A stretch of 64,000 bases of DNA from Octopus sinensis (taxonomy: Eukaryota): positions 69,812,001 through 69,876,000 of the forward strand of contig NC_043009.1 in the NCBI RefSeq assembly GCF_006345805.1, read 5' to 3'. The position numbers were made by a program, and so were the translations under genes. How positions within the stretch are numbered: the first letter of the stretch is position 1; each line of letters opens with the position of its first letter. The notes beneath the pieces were generated by a model, which was not told the origin of the DNA, searched no databases, and was given only the letters and a program-made list of their open reading frames with translations. Positions 37,855 to 50,725 of the stretch are shown piece after piece.

Positions 37855-37994
37855 CTGGACCCGATCCAAGAAATTCAGACATAACAGTGCGATAACGCTC
37901 GTCCAACGCACCTTTCCTTATAATCCAACGCAAGTCGAGAGTTGAATGTCTTGCAACTACATATAGCGAATCTTTACTTCGCTGCCATTCATGC
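37855..37994 (-). CDS. Putative 140-nt exon of an unidentified gene
   Basis: Acceptor TTTTTCAATGTTGCAG, donor CAG|GTAAGC; one frame fully open: HEWQRSKDSLYVVARHSTLDLRWIIRKGALDERYRTVMSEFLGSGP; no family recognised. Confidence 0.55.
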
Positions 37995-38727
37995 CTGCAA
38001 CATTGAAAAACTGCTGCTTCTCTCGCTTGGTTTGGTTATGTGGACACTCCTAACATGAAGAGAAAAGAGCATTCGAGGATTTTCCAGTCAAGTAGTATGG
38101 CCGACTATTTCGTAGCTGATGTTCTTTAGAATGTAAGTGGGTCATCTTCGAAAATGAAGGACAAACTAAACTCTGGCAATTGTTCTGATGAGGTTGCAGC
38201 GTTGTTGTTGTTGTCGTGTTGTTGTTGTAAGATTTTGTGTGGTTCATGCTTTCTATGTTGCTCTTTGCGATAGGCTTTCATTATTGTTGTTGATGTTGCT
38301 GGTCATTCTTGTTGTTATTGTACGCGATATCATTGTTGGTTTATTTGTTGTTGTTATTGTTTTTTGCCCGTTTACTTGTTTTACTATTGTTGTTATTGTT
38401 CTTGCGCTTAGAGTTCTTAGTGCTGCAGTCGTTGAGTGGTGAGTGTGCCTGTGGTAATTGTTATTATGGTTATTGTTCCTAGAGTAGTTTATATTAACGC
38501 CACCATTGCTGCTGCTGCTGCTATTCTTGTTGTTGTGGTTCTTTTACTTGTTCTTGGTGGTCTTATCTCTCAGTTAATGCTTTGATTGGTTTCTTACGAT
38601 GAATAAAAGAAAACCTCAGGAATATAAATGCAAATGTAGCCATGGCTCAGGCAAAGAGAAAAAAAAAATGTTGCAGCAACGATGAAAGTATTGCTCTCAG
38701 TATTTGTATAAATGTATGTGAGTTCGT

Positions 38728-38764
<37 letters not shown>

Positions 38765-39119
38765 GCGTGTGTGTGTGCGTGCGCGTGTATACGTATGTGT
38801 CTATTTGAAAAACGTATGAAATTATATTCTTGTATGTACGTTTATGAGTATTTATACAAATAGAGGAAATCGATAAACATACAAATCTTACAAACAAACA
38901 CGATAAATATATTGTGCATGTCTATGTGTGTGTGTGTATATATTTGTGCGTGTGGGTTCGTATGGGTAGCACACAGTTTGTAACCATGTACAGTCTCCAA
39001 AGAATCAAAAACATTCGAGTGGAGATCACTTAAGACGTTTTACGCCTTATCTGCCGCCACATTTAAGGTTTTAAACCAAATATAGAGACAAAACACTAAA
39101 ATCACTAACACAACAAAAG

Positions 39120-39434
39120 GATTCAAATACACACACACATATGTATATATATATATATACACACACACACATGTATATATACACATACATGCGTGTATAT
39201 ATATAATATATATATATATACATACATATGTAAATATGCATATATATATATGTGTGTGTATGTGTGTGCATATATATATGCGTGTGTATATATATATATG
39301 TGTGTGTGTGTGTATATGTATACATATGTGTGTATATGTATACATATGTGTGTATATGTATATATATGTGTGTATATGTATATATATGTGTGTATATGTA
39401 TATATATGTGTGTATATGATATATATATATATAA

Positions 39435-39475
<41 letters not shown>

Positions 39476-39492
39476 ATATACATATATACATA

Positions 39493-39529
<37 letters not shown>

Positions 39530-39544
39530 CATACATATATATAC

Positions 39545-39580
<36 letters not shown>

Positions 39581-39677
39581 TATACATACATACATATATA
39601 CATATATACATACATACATATATACATACATACATATATACATATATACATACATACATATATACATACATACATAT

Positions 39678-39708
<31 letters not shown>

Positions 39709-39725
39709 CATACATACATACATAT

Positions 39726-39756
<31 letters not shown>

Positions 39757-40025
39757 CATATATACATACATACATATATATATACATACATATATATATA
39801 CATACATACATATATACATATATACATACATACATATATATATACATACATACATTATATATATGTATACATACATACATATATATACATACATACATTA
39901 TATATATGTATACATACATACATATTATATACATACATACATAATATATACATACATACATACATACAACATACATACATATATATATATTATATATATA
40001 TATACATACATACATATATATACAT

Positions 40026-40071
<46 letters not shown>

Positions 40072-40077
40072 ACATAC

Positions 40078-40148
<71 letters not shown>
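39120..40148. repeat. About 1 kb compound (TA)/(TG)/(CATA) microsatellite
   Basis: Direct reading; source of the long low-complexity ORFs. Confidence 0.97.
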
Positions 40149-40150
<2 letters not shown>

Positions 40151-40843
40151 GTGTCTTCATGGGGTTAAAAACAACAGTAACACCGTCATTTTTAGCCCTA
40201 GGAAGACACACACACAGACAAACATATGTCTTCCTGGGGCTAAAAACAGTAACACCGTCCTCTATAGGACCACCACATTTAATTGGCAAATATATTTTAC
40301 AATTCCGTACTGTTATTGTTTATCTCTCGCTCAGAGATTATATATATATATATATATATTAGAAGAAAAGAGGTACTCAGAAATGCGGATGGTTTTATAT
40401 TTACAGATATTTATTTGTATATTACATGTTTTTACACATCATATATTATATATCATATATCAGCGTTTTCGTCCATTCTAGTGGAGTTTTCAAATTGAAC
40501 TAAGTTCTTGGGGAAAATTTGACTATTTTTATGGTGTTATTGAGTGTGTAGTGGTGGGGAGGGATATAAGATAGTACAAGAGGGTGATGTACTATCTTAT
40601 ATCCCTCCCCACCACAGACGCACAGACACACACTCAAACACGCACGTACACGCACACACAAACACGCACGCGCACATGCACATACACCGTGCTTTAGTGA
40701 TTGATATAATATCGTGACTGAGTCGTTCATATTCAGACGTGTCTTTATAATCAACAGACGAATAAAATCTTGATCTAACGCTTCAACATCAGTGATGTGT
40801 CGTTGATGTTTGAGGTTAATGTAAGGATTGAGTTATTGTCTAA

Positions 40844-41067
40844 TTTATTTCTTTACTACCCACAAGGGGCTAAACACAGAGAGGACAAACAAGGACAGAC
40901 AAACGGATTAAGTCGATTATATCGACCCCAGTGCATAACTGGTACTTAATTTATCGATGAAAGGCAAAGTCGACCTCGGCGGAATTTGAACTCAGAACGT
41001 AACAGCAGACGAAATATACGGCTACGCATTTCGCCCGGGTCGCTAACGTTTCTGCCAGCTCGCCGCC
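40844..41067 (-). mobile_element. tRNA-derived SINE (GGCGGCGAGCTGGCAGAA family)
   Basis: Near full-length copy, similar to 51751-51979. Confidence 0.9.
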
Positions 41068-41736
41068 AATATTAATTGCCTATTGACATGTCAAAACCGC
41101 TGAATATAATACAACCTACACAGCCCAAACACTAAACAAGCGTCTTTAAACACTTAATCTCAATTTACACAATACATATATAACACGTTCAGATTTTCCT
41201 GTTCTGTTGTATTTATTCCCCGTAATGAAATGGGTAAATATCAAAACGAAGGCCATAAACAGGCGAAGAAACCGCATCAGACTGTTGAACGCGACTCTGA
41301 TTCTCTCCAGTAATGCCGCACGGCCTTCATTAAAACAGATCGCATGAAACTTTGGCAAACACGCTGGCAAATAATAATAATAATAATATAATAATAATAA
41401 TAAAATGTAAATCATAATCTATGTATACTATAAGTTGGTGAATGAAATTATGTTTTAAAAATCATCTTTGTGAAAGCAATATTTTCTTTTGGGAAAATTT
41501 TTTGCAAATTCAAAATAAATCCAGTAAATATGTCTGGAGAAAAAAAGGTGAAATGTACACGTAGAAAGAAATTGAATATTGATATCAATAAAAAATTCTT
41601 TAACACTAACATAAAAAACTTTTGTAATCATTTTTTTTTTTGGAAATATTTTCTTTCCTTCATTTGAATGAATCTGCACATCTCATCGTTTCTACGGACA
41701 CAAACTGATGCGCAGATGTGTACGCTCGAAACTTAC

Positions 41737-41812
41737 AGAGATATTCCAGTACAGGCAGGTTTTGGCAATTAAAATCCTTCGGACAAGCACATAGAAATAC
41801 ATACTAATATTA
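41737..41812 (-). other. Candidate 76-nt exon (possibly 5' UTR) of the same minus-strand transcript
   Basis: Strong acceptor CTCCTTTGTTTCTGTGTTTCAG and donor CT|GTAAGT; its open frame does not join the open frame of the 37994 exon. Confidence 0.35.
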
Positions 41813-42974
41813 CTGAAACACAGAAACAAAGGAGTCTCAGAAAATGAAACTGTAGTGAAGACCTCTATTTCAACTCTAATTTTCTGTAGTTTTTTTGTGG
41901 AGGCAGAATGCGTTGAGGTGATTGGTGTTAGAACTGTTGTAGCATCGATCGATGACTTCGATCACCAGCAGTTGTTGCTCTCTTGGAATCTCTGTTAGAA
42001 CGGGAATTTTGTCAAGTGTCTCAGCTTACACAAGAATCAGAATCTCCCCCACTCCCTATTTTCTCTTCGGAACCTTTATATCCCTAGCAGCGTTCTAGGG
42101 TCTTTTAAACTCGTCACAGTTCACCAGTCACCACTAGTCTTAATGGTGGTGTATTTTAATCGGATCCCTTTCTGTTCCAGGTAGGTTGGCATTAGATTAA
42201 AACCTTTACTGTACTGCTTCTCAGTTAGGGTTTCTGCCGAAACGCCAGAAAAGCATCTCCAACGTATCTGAATTTATGGGCCTGTCCCACAAAATGAATG
42301 CATTGCTTTATGTTCTTTCTAAACAGAGTTCACCTTGGTCTGAAGCAATACATTCTAATGTGTCTTTTCGTTGATAATCATTCATACAGAATTGTTATCC
42401 TTCTGCTTTGTAGAAAAGTCGTTGTCCATATTAAGCATCCCTTTGTTTTTCTCCGTCACTCTTAAATGGCGGTTTTATCTGTGCTTCTGCAGTTTGCGCC
42501 TATCGCTTTGTATTGACAAAACTACAGAATCAAACTGACTTTTAGTTGCTTCTTTGTTTGACATTGCATTGTTCTTAATGTTACTAGTGTTGTGATATTG
42601 TGCTTGTTATAGCTGTTACCTATACTGATACTAGTTTTATTTTCTGTTAAGTCTGTTGTATTGTTTGGTGGGAGATGGCCGCGAAAGAGGGTCTCATCTT
42701 CAAAATATTCCTCACAGACTGCTAGCAGGACGGCAAATATGACACCATTTTGAACATTTATTCTTTCGCTTCGAAAAATTTTCCTTCGATTCAAAGTTTG
42801 CCTCGTAAGGCAAGTAACCAAAACAGCTACTAATCCTACCTAGGACTTCCAAAAAGGAAAGCAAGATACAAACTCACTGAGCTTCACAAATGCGTTCAGT
42901 TTAGGTGATAATAACTACAACAACACAACAGTAACATGAAAACAACAACAACGATTATGATAATAACAACCGTT

Positions 42975-43175
42975 TCTTATCATGGCACAATACCAGTAAT
43001 ATTAAGAAGTGGCAAACCGATTACATCAACCCCAGTGCTTAAAAGATATTTTATCGATCCCGAAATGATGCCCCACAATGACGACCTTGGCGGAATTTGA
43101 ACTCAGAATAAGTCGGACGAAACATCGCTAAACATCTTGTTAGGCTTGCTAACAATTCTGCCAGCTCACCGCCGT
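42975..43175 (-). mobile_element. Diverged SINE (GGCGGCGAGCTGGCAGAA family)
   Basis: GGCGGAATTTGAACTCAGAA and TTCTGCCAGCTCACCGCC motifs. Confidence 0.75.
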
Positions 43176-44136
43176 AATAATCATAATTATAAAAGTAAAA
43201 ATAATATTAACAGCAACAAAAACAACTACAACAATAATGATTTAAACTTTTTGGACAATTAAATTCAAACAGAAATTATGAATCCAATCAGATGTGAAAT
43301 TAAGTTTTGAGAACTTAAAAAACAATGGTTTTAAACAATTTTTGAAATATAGATCGGTTACTGAATATAATATCTATCATTATTTCAAGCAATGGTTTTC
43401 GTACAATCGTCATTTAGCGAAATAGTTCACCATTACAAAGTGTTCCATGTGGAACTGAGAGGGACATTGTTTTAATATATTTATGGTTAGTTAATTCTTC
43501 TTTCCTTTTTTTTTTGTTTTTATAAAGAAACGCTTTAAAGAATTCTACACAAAAGGAATCAGTTAAGAAGGGAGTCATTGAAATTTAATGAGGTCAGTTC
43601 CTCAAATCCTCTTTTCTATTGGGTTAACTCTTTAATCGTTTTCTATTGTTATTTCTCTTATCAAGATTGAGTTTCTGATCACCAAGATCAAAACAAGTCT
43701 TTTATTATTCCAGTAGATAAACCATAAGGTTTTGTAGTGCGTACGCATGCACGCACGTTCACACGCTGTTTATCACGATTTTCGGTTTCATATTTTAGTT
43801 GTTCCTCTCATTGGTCTATAGCCATTGTGGGGTACCGCCAAGACGGGGGTACCCCACAAATTAATCATATCTACAACAATACTTATTTTACGTCAGTTAC
43901 TGTAAAGGCATATTTTGCCGGACTGCTAAGTTACAGCCACGACTATTTGTGAAACCCTGAGAGACAAACAAACACACACACAGGCAAATATACACACACA
44001 TACATACATACATACATGATCAAATATATGTATGTATATATAAATATGTCTGTCTATCTACCAGTACATCTTTATATGTGTGAATGTGTACAAATGAGTA
44101 ACAGTAGAGGTACAGGCATCTATTTTTATATATATA

Positions 44137-44312
44137 CAATAATCCCTCGCCATATCGCGAATTTTTCTGGCTGATATATGTAAATTTATATCGCGGACTC
44201 CTCAGTATATTCGGGCTGCTGCGGCCGATAGGCATTAATTGTATTGTTGGATTCTAATTATTTCTGTGGGAAGTTTTGGAACGTAACACCCGCGATAGTC
44301 GAGGGATTGCAG
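44137..44312. mobile_element. Tc1/mariner (pogo/Tigger-type) MITE
   Basis: Imperfect TIRs CAATAATCCCTCGCCATATCGCG / CGCGATAGTCGAGGGATTGCAG; TA at the left flank. Confidence 0.65.
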
Positions 44313-44355
44313 CATATACACATAAATATCTATAACAAAGTGAAGTTGTAAGGTA

Positions 44356-44392
<37 letters not shown>

Positions 44393-44772
44393 ATAATAAA
44401 ATAGGATAATAATAAATTATCATTACCAGTGGCCTAGCACAAAAATCGAATTAGTCATTAGACTATATATTATTCATATAGAAATGCAATAAGAGGCTTC
44501 CAAATAGGAAAGCGTTGTGCTGGAACACAAAAAGGGATAAATTCATGAAAGGAATGAAAATTAAAAACATTTACCATCTCAACTACATCCCAGACCGACG
44601 GTTTCTAACTATTTCCAGCAAAAAAAATGTATTTGCCGAAGGCAAGTTTCTTCAGTGGGACAGCCTTAATAATCTTGATGTACAGACTGTTAGATCCACA
44701 TGTAGATCTAACGGTTTGTAAATCCTAACTTTTCAAATCTCTGCGCAGACGCAAATCATACCCTGTCGCCGA

Positions 44773-44815
<43 letters not shown>

Positions 44816-44931
44816 CGAAGATATCATTCACTCTGTTATTTTCTAGTATAACAATTTTTAAATAACAGAATCAATAATATAGGCGGTTGCAGCACCCCGC
44901 TCCAAGCATTAAATAGCTTAAATGTCCTTTG

Positions 44932-45000
<69 letters not shown>

Positions 45001-45011
45001 ATGTATATATA

Positions 45012-45051
<40 letters not shown>

Positions 45052-47504
45052 TATATATATATTTAATATTGTTCTTTCTTACGAAATATATAGAACTGCT
45101 AAGAGGTGCTCAGGTCGAACCGAGAAAAAGATAGGCAATCATATCCATACATTCATAAATTCGACTTAAAATGCGAATACATATATTAATACATATCGAC
45201 GCATATGAATATTTAAAAATATATAAAATATAAATATGCATAAAAATACATGTAAATAAAGCCCATGTGGGATACGTATGGAAGGAAGCGTGAGAAATAG
45301 AGGACCGAAAGAAGAGGACTGAATAAAATTTCTGTTTTACACTGAAATTAAGAGCGGTTAAGAGTTTCGATTAGAAGATCCATAGAGTTCGTCGTGTTTT
45401 TTAAAAATATAAATGAAGGTATAGAAGGTATATAATGCAGTTGGAGGACGTTCGCTTTCAACGACCGTTTCTAGAACTCATGTCCTGGTAGAAAAATTAA
45501 TAAATCTTACAAACCGTGTGGACATCGTATATATGTGCTTAAGTGTGTGTGTGTGTGTGTGTGTATTATGATCTATGTTTGTGTGTGAAAATATATGAGC
45601 CTAACCATCGACAAAAACCGTCCTAGCAGTGGACTACGAGACGTTAAGGGACATATTTAGGACCACATTATTCAATGAATTTTACCACTTATATAGGATA
45701 AAATGTTGTGGGCCAAAGAAATTTGTGTGAGGAAATTTGTGCAATGTCTTAAGCGCAAAGGGACCTTGGAGGGGTTTTGTCGGTAAAACACGTTTGAAGG
45801 GAGTCACGAAATGTCCAAGGAAGCCATGTATTGCATTTCTGTTTTGGGAAGTCAAGTAATTTCCATGTACTTTCGATGTACTTAAGCAATGTTACATATA
45901 TAGGGATGTATTCATCTGATAGTCTATGAAATATCTATATGTTCTGTAAATTCTATATAGGCGTAGAATCTTTTCATATGTGAAAAAGACACATTTTTCT
46001 TACCGTTATTTATTATGTTTTTATCAACATACTGTTTTTTGACTACTCAACAATCGAATGAATTCATACAACCATTTGAAAAGAAAAGAAAAAAACTTTC
46101 GCATTGATAAATTCTCCCTTTCTGTGTAAAATACCGTTTGCAAGATTCGTGATATGTATCACGTTCTTTATTTTTCATCTTGTACTTTTTTTTCAATGTG
46201 TTCTTGATTGTTTCCTGTTTTTCCCCAATTCCTTTTACATATATAGTACACAGTACACTTCAACTAAAAGCCGAACGAATCATTATTTTTCTTCTTCTGG
46301 TATTCAAAGAATAATAAAGAAATTGTTATTAGTAGAGAATAGTACAGTTTAATTTAGAAATAACCACTGTTTGAATTCTGTTACTTCTTTTTGGCGTAGA
46401 TTAAAGCTCAGGAATAAGATGTGATACCATTTGAAAATAGTGTGTAAAACATGTCTTTCTATTGGGGAATGGCTTTCATTTTTTCTTTTCCTTTTTACTG
46501 TACAACCATTCATTTACATTCGCTCATTTACGAGAGAAAAAGTTTGGTGAAAACTAAATGAATGCACAAATGATGTGTGTGTGTGTGTGTGAGATAGAAT
46601 ATATGTGCCTGGAGGTAAAGTGAACTCGTGTGTACGCAATGGTACGATGTTGTATGTGCAATAGTGTGCGCAGTGTCAATGCTGTATGTATATATCAGTG
46701 TTTGATGGCGTGTGGCGACGTCATGTCTATGTCAGTAATGATGGGTGCGATGGTATGTGGATGTAGATTTACGTGAGGGGGGTGTGTCAATGTGGGTACG
46801 ATCGTGTGCGCATGCATTTACATATGTGCGTACGTTTAGACGGCTGTTGCATGCTTATGTGTGGGTGTGCGTTACATTTCCTAACACTGAAATCTCAGCA
46901 GGTAAACATCAACACGAAATATTGAAAGTAAAAAATATCTTATATTACAGAAATTGAATGAATTCGCAAAACGACAAAATGAAGCAGAATCTATGAAGAT
47001 GGCGGCCAACGTTCATAGAGTCATACATTCTATATGCCATCTGTTATGAGAGAATCTATGAAGCTCAGACTGACATGCTGCGAAAGCTTTGACTTAGGGT
47101 TCACTTTCATAACGCAGCAGCTTGGTCAAGCTTTCTCACTTGTGATTACCTATAATATGTGAATGACATTTGGCAGAGGGAAGATAAATAAGCATAAATG
47201 AACAGCGGGATACCTGTCAGCCATAGGTATCCCAAATTACTTCAAATAATATATCGACTTTATATTATTATGCCTATAAAACAATAAAAAGTTGCTTGTC
47301 AGAAGTGGAATATACAGTACATACACACATATATACACATATATATACTACCCTGATCGAAGAGACTTATGGCTATTCTATTTAAGTTATAAAATGTATC
47401 GCTTCGCTTTCCTAAAACGGACCTTTGTTAGCTCAATAGCATGCATTCTAGAATCTCGGTTCCGGAGACAAAAAACACCCTGAAGTTATCCACTGAATAA
47501 ATAA

Positions 47505-47539
<35 letters not shown>

Positions 47540-47544
<5 letters not shown>

Positions 47545-47730
47545 AGAGTTTACGAAAAAAAAAGACGAAGACAAGTGGTGTACAAAACAAACAGATGTAT
47601 TAGGATAACGCTCAGGAATAGAAAAAGTCTTTTATGTTTCGAGCGTACGCTCTTCTACAGAAAGGGACACAGAAAAAAACAAGGAGAGAAAAAATGTGTG
47701 TAGTGGCTAACGATCTATACATGGACACAT
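47540..47730 (-). mobile_element. Penelope-type terminal module with hammerhead-like motif (U6 variant), copy 3
   Basis: Minus strand CUUU-CUGUAGAA-GAGC-GUAC-GCUC-GAAA-CAUA-AAAGAC at 47627-47666; abuts (TA)n. Confidence 0.65.
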
Positions 47731-47860
47731 ACATGGAATATATTGTGGCTAGCGCTTAATGGAAAGCACTTTCTCTTGAGCAATGGAGATAAAATCTAGT
47801 CAAAGCTAACCGTTGTTTTGATTTACTTAACCTTTAATGATTTAATACACAGAGATTTAA

Positions 47861-48044
47861 AGGCGGCAAGCTGGCAAAAACGTTGTCACGCCAGGCGTTC
47901 TGAGTTCAAATTCTGCCAGTGTCGACTTTGCCTTTCATCGTTTCGGGGTCGATAAGTTAAGTACCAGTTGTGTACTGGAGTCGTTCTAATCGACTGGCCC
48001 CCTCCCCCAAAATTTCGGGCCTTGTGCCTAGAGTAGAAAAGAAT
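47861..48044 (+). mobile_element. tRNA-derived SINE
   Basis: GGCGGCAAGCTGGCA...GAGTTCAAATTC...GCCTTTCATCGTTTCGGGGTCGATAAGTTAAGTACCAG. Confidence 0.85.
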
Positions 48045-48209
48045 ATACAGTTATTTAACAGTGTAGACTGAAGTGCTCCGCCGCCGCTACCCCTGCCGCC
48101 GCCGCTGCCTCCATCACACGCTGGTCACGTCACTCCTTGAATGTTATAAATATTGCTCAGTAAGGCTAGAAATTGTATATTAGATATAGCAGAAAAGAAA
48201 TAAATACGG

Positions 48210-48409
48210 GTTTCAAATTTTGGCACAAGGTCAGCAATGTCAGGGCTGCGCTAAGTCGATTAAAGCGACCCCAGTGCTCAACTGGTACTTAATTTATCGA
48301 TCACGGAAAAGATAAAGTCGAGCCCCGCTGTATTTGAACCCAAAACGTAAAGACGAATGAAATGCCCGATGAGCATTTTGCCTGGCGTCCTAACGATTCT
48401 ACCAGCTCG
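48210..48409 (-). mobile_element. tRNA-derived SINE, inverted relative to 47861
   Basis: CCCCAGTGCTCAACTGGTACTTAATTTATCGA...CTAACGATTCTACCAGCTCG. Confidence 0.8.
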
Positions 48410-49399
48410 GTTTTAAAAGAAAATAAATATAAAAGGGCGAAGAAAAGAATATATATCGCATCTAAGGCCTAACTCTCCATTGATATTAAGGAACGTTTCG
48501 AACGGTTCTCTGATTGCCATTGAAATTTCAACGTTACGCAATTAGTTGTAAGTCTTGGTAATGTCCCCTGGTAATGCTGTGCGATTATTAATATAATGGA
48601 CAAGAATCACAAAAACATGATTTGAACTTTTCGGATGATTGAGAAAAATCCCTAGGGATTCCCGGTGTATTAAAACTTAATATTAAAGAGCAGTGGGATT
48701 TTTTTAAATTGAAATTTATTACTTAAAATGAATCGATCGAAAGGCGTCATTCCAAATATCTTGGCTTATTACAATAAATGTTAGCGACCAATTTTTAGTA
48801 ATTCACTGATATTTTTTTCTAGTTAATATTTTACGTCATTAGAACGAAACAAATACCAAGTTAACATTGAACGGAGAATCCCAATTAATGATGTAATTAG
48901 ACTCTGGAGATAAATTTATTTGTCAAACCGTTTCTTTATCACCAGAGAAAGAAGGAAAAAGATAAAACATGCAAGTGCTTAATTTTAAGCAAAATTCGGG
49001 AAAATATGAAGAGATGATTCTCTTTCAGTCTCTTCCACATCATCCTCTTGAATCTTCAATACCATCCTCTCCATCCCCTCTGGTACTCAACCCCACCATC
49101 ACCATACTCCATGCATTCTTCAGAGGAAGCTGTTACTTGGAGCCAATCGGAATCAACAATAAGAACGAAATACACAAACGGAACCGGCGTTGAAATAGAA
49201 TATACTCGAGCTAATGAGGCTGGCAATATTTCACGCGTAGGAATAAAAAAAACTCCTTGACCAGGTTTGTTGATGTCAGGCAAAACAAAAGCAACTTAAC
49301 TACACTCTTCTATTCTCTCGTTTGTCGAATGTCCTGCCTGAAACCCCAATTTCACAAATTCGATTTTCGAACCTTGGGCCTAAACATAAATCTAATGTC

Positions 49400-49795
49400 A
49401 AAGCAAGACTGGTGGACTATTCCCATCAAAACTTCTGTCAAACGTAAGCACGACAGGCCAGATATTGTTGTTTGGGAGACATGGGCAAAGGTATGTATCA
49501 TCATAAGGGTTAACTGCCCTACAGATATAAATAGCTCTTTGAAAATCAAAGAAAAAGAGGATGTCTATGGACAAAGTACTTCGAAACCTCCAGCTTCTAT
49601 ATCCAGACTATGAATTCATATTCATACCAATAATAATTGGAACACTAGGTTTTGTTAGTAAATGCTTAAAGAAGAATCTGGATAAACTGGGATTTTCAGA
49701 AAGAGAAATCGACCGGTTAATTCATACATTAGAAGTGCAATCTGTGAGTGGAACAGTAAAAATATGCAAGACTTTTCTCAACTTCCAAATGTGAA
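49400..49795 (+). mobile_element. R2-superfamily restriction-like endonuclease 3' fragment (same family as 5500-5898)
   Basis: WWTIPIKTSVKRKHDRPDIVVWE...CPTDIN / VLRNLQLLYPDYEFIFIPIIIGTLG...VKICKTFLNFQM*. Confidence 0.85.
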
Positions 49796-50354
49796 TTTGT
49801 CTATGTTAACTACATCGCAAAGATCTTTGTTGGAAACCGGCTCCCTCTTCAGTGGAATATTTATAGTAATTAAAAAAAGATACATACATAAATGTATACA
49901 CGCACGTGCGCACAGGCATATGCACACACGCACATTTCATTTATTTAATGGGCACAATACAGGTATTTCGGCGCTACTTATAGTTTCATATGATGGGAAA
50001 TACTCGAGAATATTCTTCAGGCGCAAACCACATATCATAACAAACTAGAAAATTGAATAATAGAAGAAACGCGAAAAAACTGAGAAGGCAGCATATAGAA
50101 ATACCTTACATAAGATTCTGTAACAAAGTAGATACAGCCAATACATTACTCAAAAGATTGAGAGGTTTCTTTCAACATCAAAGCTTTGTTCATACAAATT
50201 GAAACAGGTTGAAATTGGAGAAATTTCTATATTGTACGGGAGAACTTGCTATCAATGATTCCGATAACGTAATACAGAGATTCGCCTTATGGAAATGACT
50301 AGGGTCTCAACGTTGCATTTCTCTGCTTGTCTGTATGAGTACCTCTTTCCCTTT

Positions 50355-50405
50355 ATGCATATATATATATATATATATATACATATGTGTGTGTATGTGT
50401 GTGTG

Positions 50406-50469
<64 letters not shown>

Positions 50470-50482
50470 CATATGTATATAT

Positions 50483-50515
<33 letters not shown>

Positions 50516-50555
50516 GATATACATACATACACATATTTGTGTGTGTCTATATATA

Positions 50556-50600
<45 letters not shown>

Positions 50601-50661
50601 CATATGTATATATTTGTGTGTGTCTATATATATATATATAGATATACATACATACACATAT

Positions 50662-50704
<43 letters not shown>

Positions 50705-50725
50705 TAGATATACATACATACACAT
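50355..50725. repeat. Compound microsatellite with higher-order repeats of CATATTTGTGTGTGTCTATA
   Basis: The TATTTGTGTGTGTCTATA unit occurs four times between TA tracts. Confidence 0.9.

Noticed and set aside
39040-40362. Longest ORFs in the track (up to 389 aa, Y/I/C/V/M/H/T-rich)
   Set aside because: They are translations of TA/TG/CATA microsatellites, which lack stops by construction. The same applies to ORFs at 3.6, 5.9, 21.7, 25.3, 27.5-28.4, 44.9, 50.3 and 61.9 kb.
48647-48660. 14-bp perfect palindrome AATCCCTAGGGATT
   Set aside because: Short enough to be expected by chance in 64 kb of AT-rich DNA.
50355-50725. Regularly spaced repeats resembling a CRISPR array
   Set aside because: The units and spacers are microsatellite-derived, the DNA is eukaryotic and there are no cas genes.
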